From NCBI RefSeq assembly GCF_009914755.1, contig NC_060933.1: a stretch of 64,000 nt of DNA. One strand, written 5' to 3'. Position 1 is the first letter of the stretch. Each line of letters begins with the position of its first letter. The position numbers and the translations under genes are program-made. The notes beneath the pieces are model-generated. The model did not search any database. It was not told where the DNA came from and saw only the letters and a program-made list of their open reading frames with translations. This document shows, piece after piece, positions 41,936-55,125 of this stretch. Source of the stretch: the human T2T-CHM13v2.0 reference genome, Homo sapiens.

Positions 41936-44900
41936 CCTCATCTTCCATTTTCTTTGTTCTCCTGACCTTGTCAGGAATCTCTGCTTTCTTGACTCAAGAA
42001 TCACAGAATGATGAGACCTTAGAGACTGAAGGAAATGCTGGGACCATCAGATCCAACAATCCCTTAGGTTCAGGGATCTATCTTATTGGCAAAACTTTGA
42101 CTATAATCTAGACAACTATCCTGGGCTACCTCTTCTGTTTGTATGTGTTATAATTCAAGATGCATACTTGCTTTGTGTATACTTTGTCCTGTATTTGTTT
42201 GGATATTTAATGCATCATTAACCTGGTTGGTCAGCTTCCAAATTTCTGCCACTATTAGATAAGGAAAAATGGAATGAGAGATAGTGGAAGGATCAAAGTA
42301 AATTCATCCTGGTTCCTGGGGAGAACCTTCAAAATTTATGTCCTACAGAGAGAAGATCAGTAGCATTGTTTCAAATGACAGTACAGTTTAAAAAAATTCT
42401 TTTCATTATACATCATTCCAAGAAGGACCTTTTTGTTCTACAGCTAATTTTTATGATGGGGAAAGTGTTTCTTTTTTGAGTTTCAGTGGCTAGATGACAT
42501 GGCAACTGCTTGGCAACACATATTGCAAAGCTTGAATTATTCTTTTCCCATTCTTATTTAGTACATTATAGAACAAAGCTAAATAAATGAATCCAGTGAC
42601 CTTAAATCTACGTACAAAACCTTTATAGTTTGATAAAGCCTAATTTTAGTATTTGTCTTATAATAAGCTGTGTAAAAATTTTATCATGAAATCCAAAGCC
42701 ATCAAAAATAGACTGTAGATTCACGCCAGGATTAGATTTGTTTATGTAAATCCAAAATATTTAGTGTCAAGTGGTACTAAATATGCAGGTTCATTGAGAA
42801 AAGTGTGACAAATACTTGGATTTTAGTAATTTCATTTGTATGTATGTGTATATGTGTTTTAGTTTTAAAATATGATTCTGCCCAATTTAAGTTAAAATGT
42901 ATGCTAGACTTTGCTATTTCTGTGCACATGTCCCTCTACTGCTACAGCTGTCTCCCTACCTCTTCCACAAAGTCACTCTTTCACATCTATCTGGAGACCA
43001 TCTTGTTCTCTAAAATCCCCTGCAAGAACTGGACCATTGCATCCCCACCTGTCATATGCACGACATTTACTTTCTGGGCTGTTCATGACATATTGCAATA
43101 GGTGGTGGTTTCTATTTCTTATTGATCTCTGGTTATTCAACTTAGGAAATATTTTTCTCATTTCCTTCAACAAAACAGAACTATAAACTTTCTGGGGAAA
43201 GGAGCTATATGGTCTATTCCTGCACTACCCAGCATGGGTGTGCCCCATACTTGTTGATTGCAGCAATCTTGTCCACATCCCCAGTAGGAACCAAATAACC
43301 ATGGAGGTATTTAGAGAATCATCTGCCTATTACTTTAGGATTTGTGTTTAGCTGCTTTATTGGGGTGGAGGGGATTTATTCCTTTTTACCTATCTCTTTA
43401 TCTTGCTTTATCAAATCCAGATCCTCATGGTTCGTTTGCCTTGCTGTGTCTCCCATGTCCATCTCAGGTCTCCTGTAAGAGGATAGGTTGGACCACCAAA
43501 GCCAGAGGTAGCAGCAGCATTGTCAGAAATACACAGGAAGTCTGTTCCTTGTCCTAATCCAGATACGCATCAGCAAACACGGACTTAGCAGGAAGTCAAG
43601 CTTTCAAGTAAAGCCAGTGAAGCACTGAGGGGAAGCATCAGAAATACACCCCAAATTGACTTGGCGTCTGTCGCCTGGGACTGCCTGGGCTGTGAATGGA
43701 AAACTCTTGTATATTAAAGGAGGGGAGCACAGGCAGTGGGTGTATTTCATACTTACTATCCTTTTCAGAATCCCTGCGAAATGGTTGACCTTAGAGGGGA
43801 CTCTCGATGATTACACCTAAGTCTTTTCAACCTGTTGTTCCTATTTACACTTGTGCTTTATGGATTCCTTCAGGGAGAAGCATTTTAAAGGAATACAGAA
43901 AGCTTTCCACCCCAGAGACACTCAAAGGTGGCAGCTTAGGCAGATAGCTTTCATTTCTCTGTTTGTGATTTTCCTTCCAGGATAAAATATTTCTTCTTCC
44001 CCTAAGCGTCTGGATTTTGTGATCTGGGACATGCTCGGATTTAACAGTTTGAACTTTTAAAAATAATAATTATTTGAGGATATTCTGCTCTTTTATCTGT
44101 GGGAAGACTGGGGAATCTGGAGTTACTTCTGTAGCTTTTTAAAAGCTTAGCTTTCTCGAAGTGCTATTTTTTTAAACTATCATAAGTCAAATTTATCATG
44201 GGGATAAAGTAATAAAGACAAATATTCAACCAATAATGAAAAGCTAAATAAACGGGTATGTTTAAGCTCTATTATATGCAGGGGAGTACATTAAGGCAGA
44301 TCTAAGAGACACTTTAATGGATTTAACATTAGCAATCAGACCTGGACTTGGTATAAATCAAACACCATCGCATTTCAGTCTAATGCACACCCACTCATTC
44401 ATTAGCACCATTCAACGCAGATTATAAATATTAGCCAAGAAACCTTCAGTTCTGGAGATTCTTTCCACAGACACAGCAATAATAGAACAATAATGATGAC
44501 AATTTTATTTTTATGAATCGCTATGGCTTACTTTTATTGATTTGCTCTTGGGCCTGGAGAAAGCTTCCTCAGCCAGTATACAACAGGAAGTGGTTCTAGC
44601 ATTATCAGATAGGCCATAAAGAGATAAATAAAATAAAGGGGGGTAGGAATGATGGTGGGACCCGGCAAGCTGCTGATATAAGCAAGAATTACTCCCCTCA
44701 CTCCCAACAATAGAACAACTGAAATTACCTCCCTTCTCCCTCCCTGCTCCTCTCTTCCAATTCAGTGAAAGGAAAATACTCCCAGGCTGTAAATGTGCAT
44801 TAACTTCGGAGCTGAACATTTTGGGGTTCTTGGTAGCAGCTAGAGGGAAATGAATAAGATGGGAATAAATGAGCTTGCTTAGGCATTGCATAAAAGGAGG

Positions 44901-46344
44901 GTGAAACCCCACAGGAATATGGCCTTTCACTGCCTGCTTTGATGATGTGCAGCTTCTTAGTAACAAAGGCAGTGTAGCCTTCTGAAAATACTCCATCCAT
45001 GATTATGAAAAGGAGCAGGTCTCTGGCTGCCTATTCCTTCTCCAGAGCACATGATGTCCTGACATTTTCCGTGCACTTTCCCTGCCTTTTACCTCTCAGA
45101 GGCAATGAATTGAACATCCTGGGGTATCAGTAAGAAGGAAACACTTCTATGGATCTGCACATGTGTTTCCACAGCTGCCATTGTGTTTTTCCCCTTTGCG
45201 GTGACAGATTTCAGAGGTTTTGTTTCACACTTATTCCCTCCTATCCCCAGTGACAAACTGGACTTGTACCTCTGTTTATTCACTGCATTGAGATCTCACC
45301 ATGTCTCTTAGTGAAAGGAACAAGAGCAAATGCATCTTTGAGGGTCTATGAGTCTTCTGCAAATTCCATACAGTGAAGCAGACTGGCAGGTTTGGTCATG
45401 ACAGGGGCAGTGGTAAGAGAAATTCTGTCTTTTGGCAGTTACTCTTCCATTCTCAGTGGACTTTTCTTTCCTGGGCAAAAATTTCTGGGTCAGTTTATAA
45501 TGGAGGTGTGGACAAGCTGATGCCTAAGAGCTTGTTTCTAAGCTCTTGTTCAGCTTGTACATTTGCTGTTTCTATGACTCATCCATATCCCCATGGAAGA
45601 ATGGGATGTTGAGCTACCCCCATAGTTAGGGAAACAACCCTGAGCAGCATAAGCATAGGAATAGCTGCTGGCACAACCCCACATTCTAGTTCATTCTGCA
45701 TGTCACCTTTTTGATTACATCTTTAAGGCAAGCCTGCCTGAATGCTTTAATTCTACCCTTTCCCCAGAAAGTAAGTTCTTTTGACTTTAAAGTTAATTAA
45801 ACTGTAGCTATAACTTAATGCTTAATAAATTAATGGTTTTCAAAATGTTTTAAAGAATTCTGAGTGATTTGGTAACCTGATGAGCTATCATAAAACAGCT
45901 GGAAAAGATCTCAGATCTAATAACATCAAAAATCCACAAAAGTTCAGCATCATATTTTGTGGTTATTGGAGAAAAGGAAGGAAGGTACATTATTGGCTTG
46001 AGTTTAGATGGGGGGATCTTGTGTCTCTGAAGGAAAAAAAAATCAGTCTGTAAACCAAAAATATCTCAGCAACTGCAACTTGTGTCGAGCTTAACCACAA
46101 TTCCATGGTGGTTTTCAAGCTCTTTGATGCACACAAGTTCAATGAGCTCATTGGTTTCTAAAAGTATTAAAGGGAATAATTGTAAACGTGACCAGTCCCA
46201 GGAGGGCGACTGAGAAAGTGGTTGCTGGAGATTCCTGATGGAAAGAACAGAAATTCCGGAAATGGATGATGGTGCCCCCCCGACCCCAAGAGTGTTTATA
46301 AAACATGAAGAAGAGCCAGGCACTACTCATTTATTAAAAAAGTA

Positions 46345-46665
46345 ACTCATTTAAAAATACTTATTCTGTGCCTACTATGAGCCAGGTGCTCTACTAGGTA
46401 CCGAATAAATGACAATGAGACAGACATACCTGCTGCCCTCAAAGATCTTATTCTAGTAGAGGGAGACAATTAAATTAATAAAGTAATTTTAGGTAGCAAT
46501 AATTGGTAGAACATTATGTAATAGGGATGTGGAAGAGACCAAATGGGAAAGGTGATTTTTATTAAAGGCCTTATAATTCCAAGTAATAAATATAGGTTTT
46601 CTTCTGAGAGACCAGTATCATTATCTTATTTACAATTCACAAAGATAACTGTGGCTGCTCTATGG
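46345..46665 (-). mobile_element. L2 fragment
   Basis: ttattctgtgcctactatgagccaggtgctctactaggtac...ctgccctcaaagatcttattctagtagagggagaca. Confidence 0.75.
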
Positions 46666-48699
46666 GAAATCTGCCAAAGTTTAATAAATCTGTGGAATAG
46701 CTAATTACTGATTGATGGGAGACTGAGAGTCTCCCATTCTTGATGGCAAATGGATCTCTAGTTGCTCTGAAGTTCCAGGAAGTAAGCTAACTGGGAGCAC
46801 AGATGATGTTTTCCTTTCTTCTGGTTGTCAGTAGTGTCTTTGGGAGAAAAAGACCAGTTACAGAAATGCAGTTTAACAGCTCAGTTTAATTTTCTGCATA
46901 GTGCTTTCAGTGATCAAATAAGGGGTTCCAGGAAAGAGTGTCAAAAACTCTGCGTATTTAGGAATTTGCTTTTGACCCTGGCAGGATAAAGGGGGCAACT
47001 GTGCAAATGTGGCAGTAGTTAATTGCAAGGTCTAGTGAAGATTCTAATAATTAGCATGGTGCCTAATGCACGTAGGTGTTTGGTAAACATTTGCTAGATG
47101 GGTAAAGCCAGGATTATTAACCAAACACCGAAGTTTATTGAAAGACAAGGTAGAATTGGAAATAAGTTCACAAACATTGAGAAAGGCTAGGAAACTCCTC
47201 AAATGAGACAGGTCCTGGTCTGATAATTATGGCCCCCTTTGATTCACTGGAAATGTGTGTGTGTTTGTATGTGTGTGCATGCATGCACATGTGTATGTTA
47301 CTGGTAGAAGAATTCTAGGTACCCAGGAGACCTGGACAGAAGTTATTAGGCACATAGGCCTCCCCACAAAGGCAGCATGCCTAGATTTGGAAAGCCATCA
47401 GCACTAATTGCTGTCTAAACATGAGAGGTGTTACTTGACCTCGTGGTGCTCCAGTCTACCAATGTAGTCCTTGTCTGGTAATGTGGAATCTCTGATGTCA
47501 TTCTGGTCTGCATTCCATTGCATTCTACCTAGAAGCACCAAAGCAGTCAACAGGATCAAAGAATATAAGTGAGAGCGGATAACATGAATGCCTTAATCTC
47601 TGAGTTATTGGATTATAATATTTGTGGTGTTCCGACAGGAGCTGAGCAGTCAGTGAGAAGTCCAGGGATCTTTCTTTCCCTTCTCCAGACCAAATCTGGC
47701 AGCAGAACCAATTTCTTCTTCAAGTGGCAAGTGCCTCTCCATGAAAGGGTGCTATAATCTTACAACTTCATTTCCCAAATTTCCTTGGTTGAATGTATGC
47801 GTCTCCTATGTTATTGTAAGGTGGAGAATTGAATGTTGATTTCATAAATTTGATAGGGACTTTTGAAAAAAACTGCCATGCAATTAATTTTCTTCACTCA
47901 TTATGTACATGACAGTGTCTCCGCTGGGCTCAGATGACAATGCGCAGAGTAGGAGAGAGGGCTGTTCTCCCTCTGACTCCACCTCAGATTCCAAGGCTTG
48001 AGGGAAGGCACCAGAATAAAACAACTCTCTGCAGACCGATGTTTTCATGTGAGACATCAACTGCAGTGGTGGTGGCCAGGTGCTGCCTTTAAATAGCTGT
48101 GGACAGAGGATTTCCAGAAGGAAGGTGGAATGGAAAAAAATACAGACAGACTTGGTCCCAACGACATGGCACAGCAACCCTAGAAGAGGGAGAAATTTGA
48201 GGACTGCAAGTGGAAAAGCAGGGCTGAATGTGAAGAGGGGTTACAGAGAGCGGGGAAACAGGAAGATGAATGAGGAGGCCAGAAACCAGTGGGGGGTTAC
48301 ACAGAAGTTCAGACAAACTAGTGCAAGAAGGACAGGGCTGAGATCTTGGATGCCTAGTGGTCCACAAGGCCTGATTTTATAATATCTGAGGTTGCTGAGT
48401 GTTATGCTGAGGTCTTAGGGCACATGGTAGGCAAGAATTCCATGATAAGTTTATTGTATGGAGTTTTATAGCTGATAGGGACCCTAGTGAAAAGGAACAT
48501 AACAAATGAGGAAACTATGGTATACAGCTTCAGTATGAGCCCAGGTGCCCAGGTCAGAACCGTTCCATTTCCCCCCAAAGTCCTCAAATGCTTTGGTTCC
48601 AAGTGACCATTGCACTGTGGAGAATCTTAGTATGGAAAGTAGCTTGGCCTCTCAGACATGCATGAGCACACATCTCAGAACCTTCATTTTAAAAATAAC

Positions 48700-48782
48700 T
48701 TTATTTTACTGTGGTAAGAACACTGAACTTGAGAGCTACCCTGCTAAGAAAATGTTAAGTATATAATACAGTATTACTAACC

Positions 48783-48859
<77 letters not shown>

Positions 48860-49002
48860 GTTGTACTGCAGATCTCTAGAACTTATTCATGTTGCATAAC
48901 TACAAATTTATGCCCCTTGATTAGAAACTCATTTCCCTCTCCCACATAGCTCCTGGCAACCACAATTTCTCTCTTTGATTTTATGAATTTGACTATTTTA
49001 GA
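48700..49002 (-). mobile_element. L1MA/MB 3' UTR fragment containing a microsatellite
   Basis: acaatgttgtactgcagatctctagaacttattcatgttgcataact...tcctggcaaccac...gactattttaga. Confidence 0.82.
48786..48857. repeat. Compound microsatellite (TA)21(CA)15
   Basis: Direct read. Confidence 0.97.
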
Positions 49003-49029
49003 ACTTTCTTTTTGTGTCAAAATTAAAAT

Positions 49030-49391
49030 TATGTTAGTCCATTTTCATGCTGCTGATAAAGATATCCCAGAGACTGGGTAATTTATAGAGAAAAAGAGGT
49101 TTAATGGACTCACAGTTCCATGTGGCTCGGGAGGCCTCACAATCATGGTGGAAGGTGAAAGGCATGTCTTACATGGCAGCAGACAAGAAAGAATGGGAAC
49201 CAAGGGAAAGGGGAAACCCCTTATAAAACCATCAGATCTCGTGAGACTTATTTACTACCATGAGAACAGTATGGGGGAAACCACCCCTATGATTCCATTA
49301 TTTCCCAGCAAGTCCTTTCCACAACATGTGGGAATTATGGGAGCTGTAATTCAAGATGAGATTTGGGTGGGGACACAGCCAAACTGTATCA
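49030..49391 (-). mobile_element. THE1B-like MaLR solo LTR
   Basis: ttagtccattttcatgctgctgataaaga...gggacacagccaaactgtatca. Confidence 0.92.
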
Positions 49392-49865
49392 AATTGCCTT
49401 ATAGGAAAAGAATATCAGGAATTAGGATTATTGACATCAATAGGCCCCAAGGCAACCTTCTGGAGGGCCATAGAATAATAAGGAATTAGATAGTGGCTAT
49501 ATCCTTTTCTTGTCAGCAGTGTGTATTTACACGATCTTGGCATTGCGTAACTGTGTTTTTCTTTTTAAACAAAATAAAAATATCAGAGGAGTTCTGCAGT
49601 AAATAGAAAATTGTCTTAAATGACATAAAAATTAAGAACATTTAACAAAATCTTCACAACAGAGGGAAGGCAAGCAACAGACCTTCTACAGTCAGTGGCT
49701 CAGTGTTAATGACACTGAAGTTAGGGTGTCTTCCCTGTCAGTCTGATTTCTTCATGGTGGCAAAATGGCTGCAGTAGGGCCAGATGTCACATCCAGAATT
49801 CTTTTCCAGTGTGTCTCTTTATAGGAGTTAGAAAAATCTTGCTCAGACACTTTGCCCAATCAAAA

Positions 49866-50318
49866 ATACTAGTCAGCTATTGCCACAATAATGCTGAGTT
49901 ATAAAATATCCCCAAATTTGTCCCTTATAGAAAAAGCATATATTCTCAAGCTCATAAGTCTGGGTTGACTGTGCTTTGGCTGTTGTAGGCTGAGAAGCTG
50001 TGCCTTAGTCTTCAGGGGCTTCTGGGAATAGCTACAGACTGCAGGTTGGGTTCAAGTCAGCTTCAGGTGTGTTTGTTCTGGTGCATGGGCTCTTGGGCAG
50101 CAATTACTGTAGACATCTCTTTTGATGGGGAATCAATAGAGAGCAAGAGCAAGTCATATTAAGTCCTGTGACCCCCTAACCCCCATTTCCTAACATCCCA
50201 TTGGCCAAAACAAGTTACATGGCCAAACCAAACACAAGTTAGGTAGAGAAGTAAACTCCACTCACAGTGGGAAGAGGAGGGCGGTGAATGTTTATTGAAC
50301 AATAATTCATCTGTTACT
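49866..50318 (-). mobile_element. MLT1H-like MaLR LTR
   Basis: tagtcagctattgccacaataatgctg...aacatcccattggccaaaacaagttacatggccaaacc...tgaacaataattc. Confidence 0.75.
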
Positions 50319-50733
50319 CTCTCTTCTCCAGCATGACCTGTAGGCAACCTAGTGGTAATTGCTAGGCACAGCACTCCATTAATAGCATTCATTAATTATG
50401 ACAGGGACTCAAAAGAAATAGAAGCACAGGCACAGAACCTCAGTGTTAGCTGGTGTTCATTACCTAACTCACGGAAGGACAGGAAATGTTCAGAAGTGGA
50501 AATCCTCAGGGTCTGCTTGATTCCTGTTCTAGTTCCCCACTGATCTGGCTGCAGTCCCAAGACTCTGTCTCTATCTCCATATCTTCTCTGGCCTTCTTTT
50601 CTCTTGGGCTCCATTCCTCTGTCACTTTCCACCTTCCTTTTGGGTCCTTGTGTGCCCTTGACTCTAGAGTGATGACCAAAGGAGTGATCCTGGGAGGAAA
50701 AGGTGCCAGGGAGATATGTGTAATACTTGTAGT

Positions 50734-50979
50734 TAATGATAGCTAACATTCTCAGTGCTTTTTAAATGCCAAGAACAGTGCTAATGGTTTTATCTGTATT
50801 ACCTGTCATTCTCACAATGACCTAGTGAGGTGGCTGCTATTACAACTCCCATTTTCCATAGGAGGACATTGAGGTTCAAAAATGTGAAAGTGTTCAAGTT
50901 TACAAAACTAGCAAGAGGCAGAATTGGGATCAAAACCCAGGTGCATCTGACTCCAAAGTTATTCCCTTAACTACTATGC
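50734..50979 (-). mobile_element. MIR, near full length
   Basis: aatgatagctaacatt...tctcacaatgacctagtgaggt...ctgactccaaagttattcccttaactactatgc. Confidence 0.85.
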
Positions 50980-51535
50980 AATTTTTCCTATTAAGGATTT
51001 ATAATTAAAAAGCACATTAAAATAGAATCATTGGAGATAGGAAAAATAATTTTTTTCCTGTATTGAAAATCAATTATAAAGTTTTGTGGTATCATATCCC
51101 TTTATCCCCAATATGGATCTAGCAGAAGCCTGTAAGTGAAAATAACAATGTCAAAAGTATTATTTTTATGGAGTTGTTAATTGTTTTATAGAGCAAACTC
51201 ATAAAAGTCACAGGCCACAAAACATAATTACAAACTGCACTCGACATCAATTACAGGAAATATTGATTTCTTTAACTCACATCTTATCCAGAGCTATAAA
51301 TTATGGGAAATAGGGGAATGTGTGTACAACTCCTGTCTGGATGTCTAATCATATACCACTTCCAAATGCGTTCATTATTGGGGTAGTGTTGAGGATGGAC
51401 TACACTACATTACATGACCCTCTCTTTATAAGGATTCATGGGAATATGTTTTTTTTTTCTTTCAGATCTCATTCCTTGAAATATTGTACATCTCTTACTT
51501 GTTTTTGTCTTACACGATCTATGATTCCTGTAACC

Positions 51536-52044
51536 TTTGTTTTCTTAAAGTGTCTTTCAGGGATCCATGGTGGGTCCCTGAGACAAGTTCAGGGAGTCTT
51601 GGAGGTAAAATCTATGTTCCTAATATGAGAGCTATTCGGCTTTTGCATTCCCATTATCTTGTGAGTGTATGGTGGAGTTTTCTGGAAGCTGCTGAATATG
51701 TGGTATCACAACACGTTGAATGCAGAAGCAGACACAAGAATACAGTTGTTTTCTGTTTAGCCAGATATTAACAAGATTTGCAAAAATGTGAAACAATGAC
51801 AATCTTCTAATGTTTTTGGGGGGAGAAATCTAGTTATTTTCCATAAAATGTTATTTATATTAACATGTAATAGGTCTATTGCTATTTTCAAGATCAATTC
51901 ATAACTATTTTTAAAATTTCTCAGTTTTGATTGCTAATAAGATAAATGTCAGTAGATATAACCCACATAAACAGCTCTTTGAGGCCCTCAATAAGTTTTA
52001 AAAATGTAAATAGATCCCGAGGCCAAAAAGTTTGAGAACTATTG
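51536..52044. mobile_element. Charlie4a (hAT-Charlie), full length
   Basis: tgaatgcagaagcagacacaagaatacag...aaaaagtttgagaactattg; ~509 bp; perfect 8-bp TSD ctgtaacc (51528-51535, 52045-52052). Confidence 0.88.
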
Positions 52045-53739
52045 CTGTAACCAACTGTGTTTTTTTTTCCTTTGTTTTGGAAGCTAGAAAGCCCAGACCA
52101 GATTTGTAGTCCACCTCCAGCATTTGTCTAAGATCCCAAGACATAGAATTTATGGACTAATATTTCCCCATGCAGTCTTTTGTTTTTAACCCTTATTTTT
52201 CTTTCTAAATGATTTTATATTCTATTTTTAAAGCTTCTCTGTTTTATTTTAAAATGCTTTATCATAAGATTCATGTAAGTTATTATGGGTCACTGGAAAT
52301 TAAACAGTTGGTAGAAAGAATGGGTTGCCCTCTTGGAGCGTGGTATAGAAATGCAATATTAAAGATTTTCAAATAAATGTGCTCTTAAATTCAAATGCTG
52401 CTTCTTACAGAGTGCAGGCGGCATCTTCTTGGTTGTTGTTGAAACCATTGCCACTATATCTAAATGAATGGTACTTTCGTCCTGGAGTCTCTTCAATCTC
52501 TATTCTCTAAATTATGCATATCCTTTTAGGTACAGCCTCTCCCACTCACTCTGCCCGTTTCTCCTCCCTGAGCCTAGTAGAGTTTTTTTTTCCTTTTCTT
52601 TTCTTCTACTTTGCATTTATGTTCTCTGTGACCTATTCTTAAAACATATTTTCTAATGCATTTCTTGAGTTCAGAATAAAAGGCTGGTACTTTCAGCGTT
52701 ACTTCATCTTCATTATTAGCCTCTTACAACTCTCTCTGATTTAAGGTTATTGTATGATACTTGAGCTCTCTGCTAATGTACATTACATTGGCACTGTAAT
52801 CAGTGCACATTTCAAGGGCTTCAGTCAACAGTAGTACCCGAAGCTTTGAATTCAAAAAATGTATAAAATTATTTTTGCAAATTTGTATCTAAATAGAGAA
52901 GGGGATTAGATTGGTCTAAAGCATGCAATAAGGCATACCTTTCAACTTTTCATTGTATATAATGTACAGATGATTAATTTTTTTGAGCTTTAGTTGATCA
53001 ACTATTGTTGTAGTTTTGATAAACACTCTAATATTTTCTTTCTGGTTGAACTTGAGAATAACTTATGTCTCTCTCTCATAGCTGAACTCAGTCGTAAACC
53101 TGTGATGGGGAAAATAAAACTATGGTAATGTTTGATCATTGTGGCATTATCTCCAACGAATGGGTAGTTTCTTTTGGTAAAGCTTTCTGATATCTTTGTA
53201 TGGGTTAGGGGTTAGTTAGAGTTGAATTCAGGAGAGCTGAGAATGAGATCAAATAAATTATCCTGAGGATATCCATTAAATTGAAAACTCTCTTGTTTTC
53301 TAAATGACGAGTTTCTCTCATTTATCTAAACGTGTCTTGATGGCACATAGATGATATGGTGGCTATTTTTTTTTAACCACAAAACTCAGTGACATGGACC
53401 ACCCACAGTAAATTCAGAGTAGAGGCCTCTCATGAGGACATATTTGTACAGACATAATAAGTCATAATGTGATGAAAAGTAAAGTCAAAGTTCTCTCACA
53501 AACAATAAATAACTGCATTATTTTAAGTTTCCTAACTACAGCTATTAAGCAGTTCTTAGAAAATGATTTCTTGACTTACTACTTACAAAATCTGTTGGAG
53601 AAGAGCTTTCTACCAGGGTATTCTTACGGAATGGAGGAAAAAAATAAAAAACCAAAAAGTGTCAGCCTGGTCCCTAAGGTCTTCCATAATCTGCTCTTGC
53701 ACTTATATCCCTAACTTTCTTTCTTCCTTTCCGTTTCCT

Positions 53740-54040
53740 TTTTCTTCTTCTTCTTTTTTTTTTGACAGAGTCTTGCTCTGCTGCCCAGGATGGAGTACAG
53801 GGCACAATGTCAGCTCACCACAACTCCTACGTCCCGGGTTCAAGTGATTCTCCTGCCTCAGCCTCCCAAGTAGCTGGGACTACAGGCGCCTGCCATCATG
53901 CCCAGCTAATTTTTGTATTTTTAGTAGAGATGGGGTATCACCATGTTGGCCAGGCTAGTCTCAAACTCCTGACCTCAAGTGATCCACCCACCTTGGCCTC
54001 CCAAAGTGCTGGGATTACAGGCGTGAGCCACCATGCCTGC
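53740..54040 (-). mobile_element. AluSx/Sz-like
   Basis: Full antisense Alu with a T/C-rich tail; no TSD visible. Confidence 0.92.
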
Positions 54041-54324
54041 ACTCACAAGGTTGTGCAGCCATCACTTCTGTCTTGTTTCAAAACATTTTCATCATCGCCA
54101 AAGACGACCCCATGCCATTTTGTAGTCACTGTGCCTCATTCTCTCCTCTCTCCAGTCCCTATTTACTACCCATCTGCTTTCTGTCTCTATGAATTTTACC
54201 TATTCTGGATATTTAATGAAAATGAAATTGTGTAATATGTGACTTTGTGTATGGCTTCTTTCACTTATCATAATGCCTTTGAGGTTCAACCATACCATGA
54301 CATGTGTCAGCATGTCATTCCTTT
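54041..54324 (-). mobile_element. L1MB-type 3' UTR fragment
   Basis: tcacaaggttgtgcagccatcact...tttctgtctctatgaattttacctattctggatattt...ttctttcacttatcataatg. Confidence 0.82.
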
Positions 54325-54533
54325 GACATCTGTCCATTTTATCTCATTTATTTTAGATTCCTTTATTAGGTGCATGCACATTTAAGATTGCTATGTCTTC
54401 CTTATGAATAGATCCTTTTATTATTAAAAATAATCCTGCTTTTTCTCATAATGCTTCTTATCAAGTACTTCTTTTAAACTGTGTCTCTTGTAGAGAGAGG
54501 AGAGTAGAGTTTTTAATGGTTACTTTACATAGA

Positions 54534-54940
54534 TGGGATAGACTCCCCACTCCCATTCCTATTAGGTTTGCATGTCAAGACTCACAATGCCACACATGCA
54601 CCAAGAGGGTGTGTGAAAAGGTTTATAACCACATGATGAGGCTTTCTGGGGAGGGCAGGGCTGGCACCCAAACTAGCAAAACAAATGGCTTGAGAATTAG
54701 GGAAAAAAAAAAAAAGACTGCCTTGACTTTTATTGTGATTAGAAGGTGAAGCTGGGATGAAGGTTCCTGTGCATGAACTGGGGACTGTATGGTTTGAACT
54801 TTTCACCAGTGCCAAAGGAAGGAGCACTTGGCTTTCTTATCAGCTTGCCCAGATGTGGGTTAGGAGGGGAATGAAAAGTGGCAGAGCTTGAAAGCTGCCA
54901 GCAGTCAAACATAAAATATGGTGTCAGACTCTTTATTACA
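54534..54940 (-). mobile_element. ERVL solo LTR (LTR47-like)
   Basis: Reverse complement begins tgtaataaagagtctgacaccatattttatgtttgactgctggcagctttcaag. Confidence 0.7.
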
Positions 54941-55125
54941 TAAATATTACCTTTTAATAAATTCAGCATGACAGTCTTTGGCCTTTAATTTAAATATTTC
55001 ATTCACTTACCCTTGATTTTAGCATTTCCTTTTGATTCTTTCTTAGAGTTTCCATTGTTCTGTTTACATTAGCCATCTATTCTTGCATGCTGTTTACTCC
55101 TTCCAGTAAAGCCCTTAGAATATTA

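Noticed and set aside
44511-44996. 161-aa ORF in unique DNA
   Set aside because: No recognisable domain, coding-like composition or splice context; its length is compatible with chance.
49122-49134. PRDM9 hotspot motif in THE1B
   Set aside because: Reverse complement reads CCTCCCGAGCCAC; position 7 is G rather than the T of CCNCCNTNNCCNC associated with hot THE1B copies.
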